64,000 nucleotides of DNA from the NCBI GenBank assembly GCA_013265495.1, contig MU058451.1:2847305-2911304 (forward strand). Direction: 5' to 3'. Positions 11,830-25,277 of this stretch are shown in pieces. This stretch comes from Vicugna vicugna. Lineage: Eukaryota. The notes below the pieces were generated by a model. The model did not search any database, was not told where the DNA came from, and saw nothing but the letters and a program-made list of their open reading frames with translations. A program made the translations under genes and the position numbers. The stretch's first letter is position 1; the number at the start of each line of letters is the position of its first letter.

Positions 11830-11930
11830 TTCCTCTTTCTCTTCCTTTTCAATTTTCCCTTCTTGTTTTCCTTCCTTCCTCTTCTGAAAGCTTCCTTCCA
11901 CCTCTTTCCTTCCTTCCTTCCTTTCTTGGT
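11830..11930. repeat. CT-rich low-complexity (polypyrimidine) tract
   Basis: ttcc/ttccttcc repeats over about 100 bp. Confidence 0.75.
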
Positions 11931-12049
11931 GACTGTATCACCAGGAGAGAAACCCTGACTGTCTGTGTAACAGTTTGTATATTCCTGATGGATTCAGTCT
12001 GTCTTTGCTTCAGTGTTTCACTGTGTCTTTTTTTTTTTTATTATTCCAC

Positions 12050-12200
12050 TTTCTTTCACAAATATTTACTGAGTAGCTATTTGTGCAAAACACTGTGTTG
12101 GGCTGGGGAAAACACAAAGATGACAAAGAAGCATGTGATTCTTCCCCTTAGATGATCCTACACTGTAGTGGGACAGACATTCAGTTTAAACCAAAACAGC
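12050..12200 (-). mobile_element. L2 3'-end fragment
   Basis: ttcacaaatatttactgagtagctatttgtgcaaaacactgtgttgggctgggg. Confidence 0.7.
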
Positions 12201-12559
12201 AAGGAAATGCACATGGGAGGGGGAGTACTGAGGGTGGAAGATCACTTTACCAAAAACCAACTTGCCAAAATTATTGTAGCAAATGACCAATATACTGAAA
12301 GGCCGATTCATTGAAAATCAATTTGCCATTGGTTGCGAGCTGTGGAGTATTGCTTGGCAGAAATAATTCACCCTAAGGTTCTGCAAGCACACCCTCGGTA
12401 TTAGGAGAGGGGCCCCTTTTATGTTCAGGCCTAGGGATAGTCATGGCGGAGATGGCGGGGAGCACTTGGCCGTGGGAGCGCGTTCTGTGTACAGCGTTGC
12501 AGTGAGCGAAAGCTTGGTTTGCTTAAATAACAGAGACTTTGTTTTACTCTTACTCCTGG

Positions 12560-12890
12560 TCTATCAGTCATGGTTCCAGCAGGAAACAGATGGTAGCTGT
12601 GAACTTGGAAATGTGAAGATAGTCTAGAAAAGGGGCATTTTTCAAGGCCTGGGCAGGATTAGGGAGACCAACAAGTACTAGTGCAGTGCCTTGGGGGTAG
12701 CAAGAGCAGGGAGACTTGGCGCTAGAAGCTGGGAAGGGGCCAGGGAGGGCCAGCCAGCTGGAGAAGGGGTCTGTGGAGGTCAACGCTTGCCTCTCACCTC
12801 TCTCAGGTGCGTCTCATTGGCCAAATCCCACTGTGAACTGAGAAAGAGGATTTCCAAGCACAAAACAAAGGGGGGAGAGTGGATCTAGAT
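12560..12890 (-). mobile_element. Ancient ERVL/Gypsy-type solo LTR fragment
   Basis: tatcagtcatggttccagcaggaaacagatgg start and ctcattggccaaatcccactg motif resemble old LTR families; family uncertain. Confidence 0.45.
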
Positions 12891-15800
12891 GGCATTTGAC
12901 AGATCAGGTGACAATCCAACAACATGGCACCAAATTATCATTTTGTTTGGTCGAGGACGAATGTGATTGTCATTGCAGACTTAAAGCTCAGTGCTCTTCC
13001 AGAAGGTCCTCAGCAGTACCAAATTTATTAATCAAGAGTTGAAATGCAAAGCAGGGTGTTTGATACAATTATTTTTAGCAAGAGAAATCCTCAGTAATTC
13101 TCTCTGTAGGTGGATGTGGCAAACAACCTTGGAGTAGATCTTTGTTCAGAAAAGAGTCATTTGAGTGAAACTGTCTAGTATGCTTAATGCAAGTTCTTTT
13201 TGAAGGGTGGAACAGAACCTTTTGTTTGGCTTAACAAGGCAGCCTTGTCAGGGAAGCTCATGGAATCTGGTGGGCCAGTTTGCATTAGGCACTCTGGACT
13301 CACCACAGAGGCTCACAGGGAGAAGTCTGGAGCACAATGCGTGGCTGAGGCTGGATGCCTACTGGCTTGATTCTGGCTCTGGAGAACTGTGCCTTAGTGT
13401 GTGAGTCTGAAGCAAGGGGGCTGGTTATAGAGCAGGGTTATAGGGGACCAGTTGAGTCACAGCATCTCTGCAGCGGCAAACTGTTGTGTCCACCGCACTG
13501 CACGGAGCCAGCGTTCAGCAGAGACACTGTGTGGCGGGCAGGAGCCTGGGACCAGTGGGGACCACACTTCTCGCTTTCTGCTTGGACTCACTCCCTTGGG
13601 ATGAAGTAAATCCTTGGATTCTTGGGAATCTCAGTGAAGAGGGAAATCTTAGAGTTCCCGGGGGGTGGGAAGGGGGAGATGGGGCTCTGAGTAGTTAGAG
13701 TAATAAACAAGTGTGATTACATTTGTATCTTAAGTTGATCAAGCAGATTGTACTTGCTGCAGGAGAATATTTCAATGAACAGAGAGAGGTCTGTTCACTG
13801 CTGACTAGATGTTCCAAGTGTCTTTTTTAGGCAGAGGCAGGAGCAGTGGTTCAAGTGGGAGGAGGAAGGAATAATTTGCACTATTTATATTTTCTCCATA
13901 TTCATGGTTTTTATCCCAGCACAGTCACAGCTTCAACATAAGAAGGTACAGAGATGAAGGCAAAGGCAAAATACCACTTCGGGGGTAATTTGTGGATATA
14001 AAAGGTGGCCAAATCAGTTTGGGACTTTTAAAGAAATTTCTTAAAGTCTTACTGTATTTCCTTCTAATCTCAGCCTTGTACAGCAACTTGAAGCCCCGGA
14101 AAGTTCTGAAGAAAGGGGTTAAGCCTGAGGTGTGTATAAGGGAGAGTATTGCAGATGTAATTTATTTCTTCATCACTGTGAACTGGGTGGGGAGCAGTTT
14201 TCTTTCCCTCTAGTCACTGCCCCACCGTGCAGTCTCTGCTTCTGCCTGGTCCGGAACCCATAGAAACATCTTGGGCAGATTAGATGTCTTCCCAGTGATT
14301 TTCGGTTAGTTAAATTCAGGGCAGCCTAATCTAATTTAAAGCTACATCTTATAGTCAATTTAAATCTCTGCCTGCCCCATCCAGGGTTTGGTTCAGGACT
14401 TGGAGAGGGGGAGGGGTGGGTCCTTTTCCATTCTTCCTCTGAATCCTGTACTTTGGAGGGGTGTGTGTGTGTGTATGAGCCATGGGTCTGGTTCCAGTGC
14501 CTCCCCCTCTCCCTGCTCTGTTCTAGGGTCTACCTACTCCCTTGTATTGGGGAGGAGGAATGGAGTGATGGCTGGGCTCAGCTTCCACAGCAGGTGGCTG
14601 CTGGTGGCTTCAGTCAACTAGGGTGGTGTGTGCCAAGGTCAGTTGCATCCCACCCTCCTCCAATGCTAGGGGGCCAGCTGTGTCTCTCTTTGGTCCCTGA
14701 CAGTGGTCCACACTCATAAGCATATTTACAGGTGGGACATCCCTTCATCCACGTCCTTGGGCACATTCTGTGGCTTTTGCACTCTCTCTTCCTCTTTCTT
14801 TGAAGGCTGCAGGGATCTGGGATGGGGTGTAGGGCCCCTCTTCTTTTTTGCAGGCTCACTAACTCACTACAATTCCACGTCATCCTCTTGTAGGTAACAC
14901 CTCCAAACCTCTCATCTCCAGAAGTCTCTGGATGAAAGCAGACTTTGTTAAGTTTGGGTGTGTTTTGAAATGCTAAAGACCTCAAGTGATGCTCTTCTCC
15001 AAATTTATGGTGCTCTATTTCCCTTTGACGGAAGCAGTAAGTGGTCCTGCTGATTGTTCAGGTCAGCTGATGCTCACCCAGAGAATGAAAAACCACTTTC
15101 CCCTTCTTGCAGGCACCCACGACTTTATGGGTGATTTCCCTGGATCCCCTTCCCTTGTCTCGGGGGTGAAGGGGCTTGGGAGGCACAGAGAGCAGCTTGA
15201 GATGAGGAGGACCTTTCCTCAGGATTCAGAAATGTCGGGGCAAATTGGAAGGTGTCTGTCAGACTGAGGAGCTGAGCCTCTTTGGAAATACATCATCTGA
15301 GGGAGGAGAGAATCATTCAGGCCCAGGCTGTGGTCCACTGACTATGCCTCAGGTGCCGAAAAGAAGGGGAGGCTTCAAGTACAGCCGGGTTTCTACCCAT
15401 CAGTCTCCTCATTCAGCCCCCAAACGACTTGTGCCTTAATTCCAGGGTGGGTGGGGGAGTGGGGAGATCAATTTAAATAACAAAAGAAGAGCTGTTTCTG
15501 CACAAACTCTCTTTGAAACATTGGGAGTACCAGGCAGCATTGTTTTGAGAGCCAGGCAACAGAGTAATAAAGCGGGAGAGGCATCCGCACCTGGGCACCA
15601 CCAGTACCTGCAGAGTGACCTAGGGGTCGGAGCTGTGGCACTTTGGGGGATCCAGCACACCAGTGGGGCCTCCAGCTCTGAGGGTGGCCCCCAGTGCCAC
15701 TGACTTCTTCCACAGTAGCAGGAGGAGCAGGGAGAGGAGGGGAAAACCTCACCAGTGTCGAGGAAGGGCATCGAAAGCTTTGGAAGCAATGGGAGATGGT

Positions 15801-15902
15801 GCCCTTGGCGCAGGCACCAATGACTTTGCCCTCAGGTAGGGGCAGAAGTAGCATCCAGCGTCAGCTATGTCAGTGACCTGACCCAGTTCCATGGCTTTGG
15901 TC

Positions 15903-16654
15903 CGTAGAGGAGGAAAGCTCATTTCTCCTCTATCCTTCGGAGTGCTTAGCTGATACCCCTGTAATAAAAGAGAGATTAACCAGAGAAAACCAAATGGAAG
16001 TTTGTTGACATGGATACCTCCTGTATATATGGCAGATACTCAGGGGAAGATGAGTAACTTGTGAGGTAGATTAGAATTCAGGATTCAACGCCATCTTTAC
16101 ATTTTTTTTTTAATTTTATGTTTTAGTTGTGATTTCTTCTTCCAAAGGGTTTCTTGAGAGGTAATTGACATACAACCCTGTCTGAGTTGAAGGGGGCAGC
16201 ATGATGGTTGGACGTGCGCATACTGTGAAATGATGACCACAGAATCAGCACCATGTTAACAGGGGAAGGGGGCAGGGGTGTAGGCCTCTTCCGGGAGAGA
16301 CAGTGATTTTTAGGAAAGATGAAAGGGCCCTGAAAAGAATAGGTGGCAGGCATGACAGTTTGTGACAGAGTTTGCCTGGGTGTGGTGTCAATTTCTGGTC
16401 TCGTCCCCCGTGATAAAGATCAGTCTCCCCTGGTTGATGAAACTCCTGCGGAGGGGCTTTATGACACCTGAGTTTCTCTTAGAGGCTCTGTCTTTGGCAC
16501 ATAAAGGGAATTCAGAGAAAGCCTTTCTCTGCATCTGCTGGTTTTCAAGTGTCTACAGTCCAAAATAATCAGTATACGAGAGCACTGTATTTTGGGGTGG
16601 TGTGTCCTGATCTCCCCTGCTCATGCTTTTGGTGGCATATTCTGCTGTCCTTTG
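15903..16654 (-). mobile_element. ERV1 solo LTR (MER34/LTR39-like) interrupted by a short L1 3' end
   Basis: Minus-strand start ...cagaatatgccacca; plus-strand gtagaggaggaaa...ctgtaataaaagagagattaac resembles MER34-group LTR ends. Confidence 0.7.
16102..16245 (-). mobile_element. Short L1 (L1MA-like) 3' end nested in the LTR
   Basis: T-run, then ttgagaggtaattgacatacaac...catactgtgaaatgatgaccacag. Confidence 0.65.
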
Positions 16655-17286
16655 GGTCCATCCCATCAGCACTGATGCCTGGCCAGCGGGTGTCCACTCT
16701 CTTGGCTGAGTGGGACACACACCTCAAAAGCGGAGGGGTCATGTTGCCTGAGCAGGGGAAGGGGAAATGGCTGTGAGTTGTTCTTGAAAACTCCAAGACA
16801 CAGAAATAACTACAGGGAAGAAGAGCTTTGCAGGAAACTGGAGTTCCCGGTTTTTCTTGACTGGGGTTAAGGGGGTCTCATCTACAGAGAATGATGATTA
16901 ACAGTGGAGTTACCTGTGCGTGTGAAGAGAGTAGGTATTTATGTACACATCATATGTCTGCGCTTATGATTTATCAGGAGAAGAGGAGAGAAGAGAAGAG
17001 AAGATAGATAAGGATTTTTTGAAAGGAGAAGTCCTGGAGATTTGTCACCAATAAATATCCCAATGGGCAATAAAGGAATGGGGTGACAACTCTTGGTAGA
17101 AATTTGATGTCTAAGACACTTCCTGAGGTTATGACGCAGATGAAACCGTGAGCAATGTGCCAGTGAAGCTTGTTTCCTTAAGGCAGGAACTCCATAAGCA
17201 GACCTTGTTCACCTGGCTTTGTGCGTTGGCTTGGCAAACGTTAACAACCAAACCAAAGCAACAAATCCAGAATTCACAGCTTCTCT

Positions 17287-17728
17287 CTTTTTTTTCAATT
17301 GAAGTATAGTTGATCTGTAATGTGTTAGTTTCTGGTGTACAGCACAGTGATTCAGCTACACATGTATTTATCTGTTCTTTTTTGTAATAGGTTATTATAA
17401 GCTACTGAATATAGTTCCCTGTGCTATACAGTGGGACCTTGTTTTTTTTCTGTTTTTCATGTAGTAGTGTATATCTGCAAATCCCAAACTCCCGATTTAT
17501 CCCTCCCCCTCCCTTTTTCCCTTTGGACACCGTAAGTTTGTTTTATATGTCTCTGAGTCTTTTTCTGTTTTGTAAATAAATTCATTTGTGTTATTTTTTA
17601 GATTCCACATGTAAGTGATATCATATGATATTTGTCTTTCTTTGACTTACTTCGTATGATAATCTCTAGGTCTATCTGTGTTGCTGCAAATGGCATTATT
17701 TCATTCTTTTTTATTGCTGAGTAGTCCA
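17287..17728 (-). mobile_element. 5'-truncated L1 3' end with TSD
   Basis: ttgaagtatagttgatc...gttgctgcaaatggcattatttcattc; diverged TSD aattca(c/t)agctt(c/t)tct at 17271-17286 and 17729-17744. Confidence 0.9.
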
Positions 17729-18143
17729 AATTCATAGCTTTTCTTAATTGCTATAGAAATACCGCCTATTGGAGTTCTTAGCCTGGAGTTTCTTTGGGCC
17801 CACAGTGATCCAACTCAGTGGGAAAAAACAGGATTGATCTGCATGAAAAAAAAAGAAAGAGGTTTTATAGATGCTTGTAAATACTGTTGTACAGTATCTG
17901 AGGAGTTTGGGAGAAATACTGTGAGGCCAGTGAGGAGGAAGAAGGCACTAACCCGGGAGATGAAAAACATGCACATTTCAAGTAGCTTAGAAGGCTGTGG
18001 GAGGAGCAATAGACACTTAGAGATGATGGAGACTCCCATCCCACTTACATTTTCTCTAGAAATATGGGAAAACATGGTAGATATTTGTAAAATAAAGATT
18101 AAACAGGAATAAGTGAAATAAGAAAGAAACACTCGTTTCCTGC

Positions 18144-18594
18144 TGTTGATTGAAAAAGATAAAAAAAAAAATAACCTAAAAGTTGAGAATTATGTTTTAT
18201 TCAGTGGACATACTGAGGACTGAAGCCTGGAAGACAGCCTCTCAGAGAGCCCTGAGGGACTGTTCCAAAGGGGTAAGGGAGGAGCCAGGATACATAGGAG
18301 TTTCTGCAACATAAACCAGGTAGTTGGAACATTGAAATGTTACTGTTAGTTAAAGAAAGCCAGACATCTCAGGTTAAGGAATTCAGTGCTTTTCTCTGTA
18401 TGGGAAGACGCAAGCGTCTAGGCTCATTGAAACTATTCCTTTCATGTGCACCTTAGCTGTCTAGGGCCAGTATCCTGTTCTTTCCCATCCGGATTCCCTC
18501 AGGGTGCACAGTCAGGGAGGCTGCAGTGGCTGATGGCTTGATGGCCACAACATCCTTTGTTTACTGACATGGCAGGTGACTTTCTTCATCTACA
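18144..18594 (-). mobile_element. ERV1 solo LTR, MER41-like (Laurasiatherian subfamily)
   Basis: TG...CA termini (tgttgattg...ctaca); minus-strand AATAAA (gttttatt); acagcctctcagagagccctgagggactgttccaaag motif; homologous to 20766-21265. Confidence 0.8.
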
Positions 18595-20765
18595 GCATTG
18601 TGCTGAAAACACACGGGAGTTGTCCATTAGTCTGGGCTGAGAGAATGATAGGGAAAAAGCAGGTTTGAAGATTAATTTCAAATTTGAAGTTCCTCTAAGT
18701 CAACAAAAATAATCAAAGGGTGCTCAAAGCAAACTAGAAGCATACTTAGGAGATCAAATTTGGATTAAGGAAAAGATATTTGATTAAAAATGTTTTCTTT
18801 ATCTTTCCCTGGTTGTGAGGGTCTTAGAAATATATTAGAAAAATGCAGCACTAACAACTGTTCACTGTACCCTTGAAGTCATTTTTCTGCTTGTCTCAAT
18901 ACAGTATCTGCTCTTCTGCAGGTCAAAATATCTTTGATGTTAACTCATACTCTGATATCTCTAGCCATCTGGCTTTTCTAGACTCAATAAAATTGTAATG
19001 AAACATAAAGGATGAGAAGTAGTGGTCTCTGGAGATAGTCAAAATTGTCTTATTTGGGTGAAAGTTTGAGACATAAAATGCTGAAAATATTTAAGTTTCC
19101 AAATGAACAGGCACCCATCCCTGCATATTGCAAGTTAAACCTGGAACATTTGCTTTCTTCTGGCCAGAAAAAGATCCACGAATGACTATTTATAGATGTA
19201 ATAGTCTGGTGTGACGGCCATCTACCACGAGATGCTCATTCTCCAGCAAGAATGTTCAAGGCATCCAGTTGCTTCCCAAAATTAGAAAGGTTCTTTGAAT
19301 TTAAAATGAGGGCTACTTATGAAGGAGTCATAAAATCTATAAAAAGCTATCATTCATGTATCTTAATCAACAAACCAGGAAGCCACAGCCACAGCCACAG
19401 CCTGAGTTCTAAACTTGGAAGCCCTGAGGGTTTGCAGTGTGACTGGCCAGGCTGCCTTTTCAGCATCCCACCATTTCTCTCTGAAATAACTGTACTCAGA
19501 GGATCATCCAGCTCCGAGGAACATCCAGAACCCAGAGGTGATGAGACAAAGAAGTGTTCTAATTATCAGTGAGCCTAATTCTGACATATCAAAAAGGGAC
19601 CATGAATGTTTAACCACACGAAAGAATTTGCAGACGTCTGTCCTTTAGGAGCTAAGCATCCCAGCAGCGGATTGTCTGGTCCTACAGTTTCACTGTGCTG
19701 CCTGTTTTTTTGTCTGTTTCCCTCAGTGCAGTTTAGAACATGGCCTTCACCTGAGGCACATTTCTTTCTCCTGACGATGGCTTTCAGGAACCTTTCCCCC
19801 TAGTCCGTCTCTGACCGTGACCCCCACTGACTTCACTCTCTTGCCTCTCTCTGTGGCTCTTCTTCCTCCTCCCCACAGCCCCCAGGTGAGTGATCCTACG
19901 GGGAAAAGGATCCTCTAGTTATTTGTGTCGGGCTCCCTCCCCATCAGCCCTCACTGACCGCCCCATCATTCTGGCTCAGCTGGTCCTTCCTGGGGTCTCC
20001 CTGGAGCCACGCAGCTTTGCCAATCTCTCAGGGAGCCTCATCTTGGTAGTGACACTGGTCTAGACCCTTTTTGGTGCAGTTGAAAAAAGTGCAGTAATTC
20101 AGAGGATGTTTTTACTTTAAAAATGATAGGAAAAGGTTTTAAGAAATCACTGAGTTTCTACATTCTGGATTTTCATCCCGACTTAACCACAGAATTGCTT
20201 GGTTGGCAGAATTTCTGGGCACTTCTTCCTGGATCCTTTTCCTTTGTCCATCCCGGCCTGGGGTGGATGCTAGTCTTTGATATCTGACTTTTTAGCCCTT
20301 ATGGATTCCAGGTGACCCTGCGGCTGGGTCCAGAGATTTAACTATTCTTGATTTTGTTTTTTTGTTTGTTTCATCCCTCAGCTTGATTTTGGTCTGTGTT
20401 TCTCAAGAGCTCTATGAATTTTCTTATTCAAAACAAAACAAACACAACAACTCAACACTTTTCTTGATTACCTACTTTAACCCAGGCGCTGTGCTGCATG
20501 GCGTAGGGCATACAAAGAAAAGCAAGATAATTGCTAGAGTAGCTCACAGCTTAGTGAGAAAGAGGGACAAAACCCCACATAGTTACAAAGGAGTGGGGCA
20601 AAAGCTTTGGAAGACATTTGACTCTTTTTTTTTTGGATACCCAACATCCAGACCTCCTCCCTATTCTTGAGAATCTGCCAAAGATGCATCTTCATGCTAG
20701 ACAGGGCCTTCCTTCACCTCATATAAACCATATGAATTCTTTCATGTCCCCTAGAATAAAGATAC

Positions 20766-21265
20766 TGAAAAAAAAAGGTACAACCTACAAGTTGAGAGGT
20801 GTGTTTTATTCAGCAGACTTTCTGAGGGCTCGAGCCCGGGAGGCGGCCTCTCAGATCGCTCTAAGAGGCTGCTCGGAAGAGGCGAGGGAGGAGCCGGGAT
20901 ATATAGGAGTTTTTGCAACAAAGACCAGGCAGTTGGAACATCAGAGATTACTGTTAATTAAAGAAAATCAGATATCTCAAGTTAAGGAATTTAGTGCTTT
21001 TCTATGTTTGGGGAGGTGCAAAAGTCTGGGCTCATTGAAATCATTCCTTTGATATGTACCTTAGCTGTCTAGGGCCAGTATCTTGTTCTTTCCCATCCTG
21101 AGTTCCTTCTGGGTGCACCGTTGGGGGTGGCTGCAGAGCCCGGGCTGCCTGCTTGTCTCCATCCTGAGTTCCCTCTCTCCTTTCGGGGCGGCAGTAAGGG
21201 CTGATGACCTGATGGCTGCAGCGTCCTTTGTTTACTGATATAGCTGGCAATATTTTTCATTCACA
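20766..21265 (-). mobile_element. ERV1 solo LTR, MER41-like, with internal tandem duplication
   Basis: Colinear with 18144-18594; the ccatcctgagttcc unit is duplicated at about 21092 and 21159; more CpGs retained, so probably younger. Confidence 0.8.
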
Positions 21266-21714
21266 TGACCGTGCTCAGCCAATCCAATGCTCCTGCCTAG
21301 AATTTTGAATTCTAATGGAAAGAGATAAAGACACAGAGACTATTGAGAAATGTTTTTCAAGTGGTTACCTTGGCGTGGAATCCAGAAACTGCATTTGGTT
21401 TTAGCCTATTTACCAATGTCCTCTAGCGTGGCAGGCACCAAGTATTTTCTAATATTTATTTATTTTTGTGTTAAGTCATCCAGAGTTTTGTTTCTTCGTG
21501 GGTTTTTTTTTTTTGCGTTGTTTTGTTTTGTTTTGTTTTGTTTTCATTTTTCCTTGAAATCAATTGATAGAGAAACTAGTAGTGAGGAGTGCAATGCAGA
21601 CATCAGATGGTCAGAGAGATGGGAAGAACTCATGTTGCGGAGCTAGGATGATGTCCCAGGGCAGTTTGGCTCAAGACTCTCTGCTATAGTCCATCGCTTG
21701 GAGGCCAGCTATGC

Positions 21715-22140
21715 CCAGAGGTGGATTTGCCCTGAAGCTATTGAAGCTTAACCCTCAAGGACCCTCTTCTGCATGCCCCCACCCTGCCCCCAGGCCCTGG
21801 GAGGGCCGGAGGGATGTGCTCACATGGTCATATGTTGTAAAATTTGAGAAAGAAACTGCAGTTTGTTACGACTGCTGTCTTTTTACTCTGACTTCTGGAT
21901 CTCACGTCCCCAGCTGTCAGGTGACTTCGGAGGGGCTGTGTGCATTTTTGAGATCCGGCTAAGGGAAAGCAGAGCTGGGGATTCATGCAGGTAAGTTTAC
22001 TGGGACATGTTTCTGTGGTTTACAGATGCTCTGCTGACTACCTGGTATAGTGACACTGACACCACTGTCCTGGTTGTAAGCCTTAGGGCCAGATGCTCTG
22101 TACCTGTGAACGTGCACTGCGGACCCCAAAACAGGAAGCA
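21715..22140 (+). mobile_element. hAT-Tip100 DNA transposon relic (Arthur1-like)
   Basis: cagaggtggatttgccctgaagctattgaagcttaaccctcaaggaccctc matches the recalled Arthur1 5' terminus; 3' boundary uncertain. Confidence 0.6.
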
Positions 22141-23168
22141 TAGAGGTGTGCGCTGTAGAGGTGTGCGGTCAGGCCACTCTGGGTGGCTGTTCTCCTGCTC
22201 TCTGTACAAACCCTGCTGGACCAGTGCCTGCTTCCCCTACACCCTCCTCACAGGCTCTTCCTATGTACTTGCCCCCGGTCCCAGCTAGTGACTGCTGTCA
22301 AAAGGGCGGTGAGGGGCGTGCCCCTTCTGCTGGTTTTCCTGGTAACAGTGAGCCAGCCTGAAGTAATTCCCCCGCTTAAGTGGCAACGTCCTCTTCCCCC
22401 AGGGAGCGAAGACTGCTGCTGTCCTGCCTGCCTTCTACCGCCCATGGTAGGGAGTCACCCCAGGACCTTACTTCAGACATGGAAGCCCCTCCATCTGTTA
22501 AACCTCTGAGGTCTCTGTCACTGACTCTGGGGCTCTTTCTTCGGTCCTGAAGGTGAGTGGGGACAGGCCTCCTGGGCCTGTGGGGTGCAGCCCAGCAAGA
22601 GGGAAACAAAGTTTAAGGTGGGGCCAGAGCTCCACAGGGAGCCAGGAGCTAGTCTGTGGAAAATTCTTCAATCACCAGATGCATTTAATTAGAAGTGGGG
22701 ACTTCAGTTTTCATAGATGTTTGGTCAAAAATGAAAGTTCACTTTTGTTCAGGCATATATTTGATGATACAACAGATAGAATTATAAACGCACCACTTAC
22801 CTTTTTCTTTTTGAAGAAAAGAAACAATAAATAGGTTATCAGAATTCCCATGCCTTTAGGGCACAACTTGAGAAGTGTGTGTGAAGACATTATGTTTAAC
22901 GCAGGATCCTCTGCCTGAGACAAGCAAGTGGAGAAGGTTGATTTACCAGCCTTCATCCCGCATCCTCATTTGGTCGAGGGTTGCCACACAGGTGGTCCCT
23001 TCCTCAAAGTTTTAGGGTTTGGTGTGAGGCAGAGAAGTCCAGCCAGAGCGCCCAACCGGTATTCCACATACTGGCCCACAAACTTCAAAGATTATACAAG
23101 ATTAATCTCTGTGATACAGGAAAAATGGGTGAGAGGATGGCTGTGTCCTACATCTCGGTCAAGTCCCT

Positions 23169-23330
23169 GTCATGTGCCCCACCAAGTGAGGGTCCTTGGC
23201 TCCAGGCAGGAAAGAATTCAAGAGTGAGTCATAGTAGAGGGCTCCGGCTGAACTAGTTATGTTTAACTGGAAAATTTGTCAGACAAATAACCACACTCAC
23301 CTATGAAGCACCTCCTTTCTTATATTTTAT
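23169..23330 (-). mobile_element. ERV1-type LTR fragment
   Basis: tgtcatgtgcc...gggtccttggctccaggcaggaaagaattcaagagtgagtc resembles the reverse-complemented U5 end of MER4-group LTRs. Confidence 0.5.
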
Positions 23331-23699
23331 GGGGATTAAAATTTCATCTTTTGAAATTAGTAGAGTACATCATTTGTAAAGGGCCCATTTCTACAGTGTA
23401 AGGGAAGTATCTTTTGGCTGCAGTGTGAAAAGAATTAAATACATGTGGTTCAGTTAACAAGTGTGTTTTTAGATGCTTAATAATATGTTTCATTTTTTCA
23501 AGGCATTTCTTAAATAGAGATATAACTGACATGCATCTGTCATCACTGGAAATCTCTTACAGTCCAGCTCCTTTCTGAATTGCTCCTGTCAGCAATGAGA
23601 GGAGCCCTGTGGGTTCAGGGGCCCTTTTGGGAGGGTTAGTGTGATGAACTCTATGTAGATTTAACTTTTTCTATAATAGGATAGTCTGTATGATGTAGA

Positions 23700-23916
23700 T
23701 CTGGAATTGGCACAGTTTTTCTACGAAGGGCTAGATCGTAAATATTTTAGGCTTTTTGGGCCACCTTATGGTCTCTGTTTCTCCCCTTTCCCCCCACTTC
23801 CACATACACCCCACCTTTTTCCAATTAAAAATGTACAAATCTTTCTTAGCAACAAGATCATACAAAAATAGTCTGCAGAGTGAATTCGACCAATGGGTCA
23901 TTGTTTACGACCCCTG
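23700..23916 (+). mobile_element. hAT-Charlie MITE (MER58-like)
   Basis: ttggcacagtttttctacgaagggctagatcgtaaatattttaggcttt ... gtttacgacccctg. Confidence 0.75.
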
Positions 23917-24219
23917 GTATAGATTATTACATTTAGTGAGGGTAGGTTGGGCTGTGCTGCAGTAACAACTCAAACTCGAAAATCTCAGCGGCTTAACACA
24001 TTTAATATTTATTTCACCCTTACCCGGGGCAGCTGACCCTCCTCCATTTTATATCATCAGCCGTCCTCAGAGTTCCTTCAGAACAGGGCTGGCACTGGGA
24101 TGAGGCAGGTAAGGTCCCTGGGGGACAGAGGTTAAGAGGCCGTCACTCTCAGGTTTGTATGGGTCTGTCTTGGAAGGAAAAAGGAGAGCAGGGGGAATCC
24201 CATGAAAAAATTTTTAAAC

Positions 24220-25235
24220 AGACATTTTTCGGAACAGTTTTAGATTTGCAGAAAAATTGAGATGCTACAGAGTTCCCATAAACCCTGCACCCAGTTTTCC
24301 CTGTTACCGGTATCTTGCATGAGTATGGTACGTTTATTACAATTAATGAATAAATAGTGATAGTTCGTCAACTAAAGTCTATAGTCAGATTTCCTTAGTT
24401 TTTAACCTGATATCCTTTTACCAAAGAATTTCAGGATCCCACATTATATGTAGTTTTCATGTCTCTTTAGGCTCCTCTGGGGTTGTAACAATTTCTCAGG
24501 CTTTTCCTTTTTCTGATGACCTTGATAGTTTTGAGGAGTACTGGTCATGCATTTTGTACAATGCCCGTGTATTGGATTTGTCTGGTGTTTTTCTTACGGT
24601 TAGACTGGGTTTATGTGTTTTGGGGAGGAAAAACCACAGTGGCCAAGGGTCATTGTCATCACATCATATCAAGGGTGCGCACACTCCACATGACTTACCA
24701 CTGTTGATGTGACTTTGATCACTTAGCTGAGGTGTGTTTGTCAGGTGTCTTGACTATGAAGTTACTCTTTTCCCCCCCTTTTTCATGCTGCACTTTGGAG
24801 TCACAACGTACAGCTCACACCTAAGGGTGGGGTCTGCTCCTCCTCCCTGGGGGCGGGGCATCTACATAAATGATTTGGAGTTCTTCTGCAGGGGAGGCAT
24901 CTCTTCTCTCCTGTTTGTTAATTTATTCACTAATTCATTTATGTAAGTGTGGACTCTCACATGTTTATTTTATATGATCAGTTGTGCCTTACTTATTTTG
25001 TGGCTCGAATTGATCCAGCTTTGACCATTGGGACTCTCTCAGTTTGCTCTTGTGTCCCTGTGATATATGTAAGAACTTCCTTCATTTCTGATACAACAGT
25101 GCCCTTCAGGCTCATATTATCTGCCCCAGTCTTAGAATCAGCCATTTCCCCAAGGAGCCAGGGTTCCTTTTATTGAAGAAACCAAGATTTGGGTGTTAGG
25201 TTTGCTCATGGCTACTGGGGTGTCATTGCTTCTAC
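24220..25235 (-). mobile_element. Old L1 (L1MC-type) 3' region
   Basis: acagttttagatttgcagaaaaattg...gaccttgatagttttgaggagtactggtca...gctcatggctactggggtgtcattgcttct. Confidence 0.8.
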
Positions 25236-25277
25236 ATGCACAGGTTTTAAAGGCTTGATACTGAAGAGACTTCATAG

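Noticed and set aside
19381..19402. (AGCCAC)n run, and the 12-bp repeat at 22141-22167, as arrays
   Set aside because: Simple slippage repeats of 2-4 units with no spacer structure; no CRISPR-like array exists in the window.
20618..21052. 144-aa ORF as a viral or host protein
   Set aside because: It runs antisense through an LTR and has no recognisable motif.
18144..21265. The two MER41-like LTRs as the ends of one provirus
   Set aside because: They differ considerably, including a duplication in only one; no PBS, PPT, gag/pol remnant or shared TSD is visible. Independent solo LTRs are more likely.
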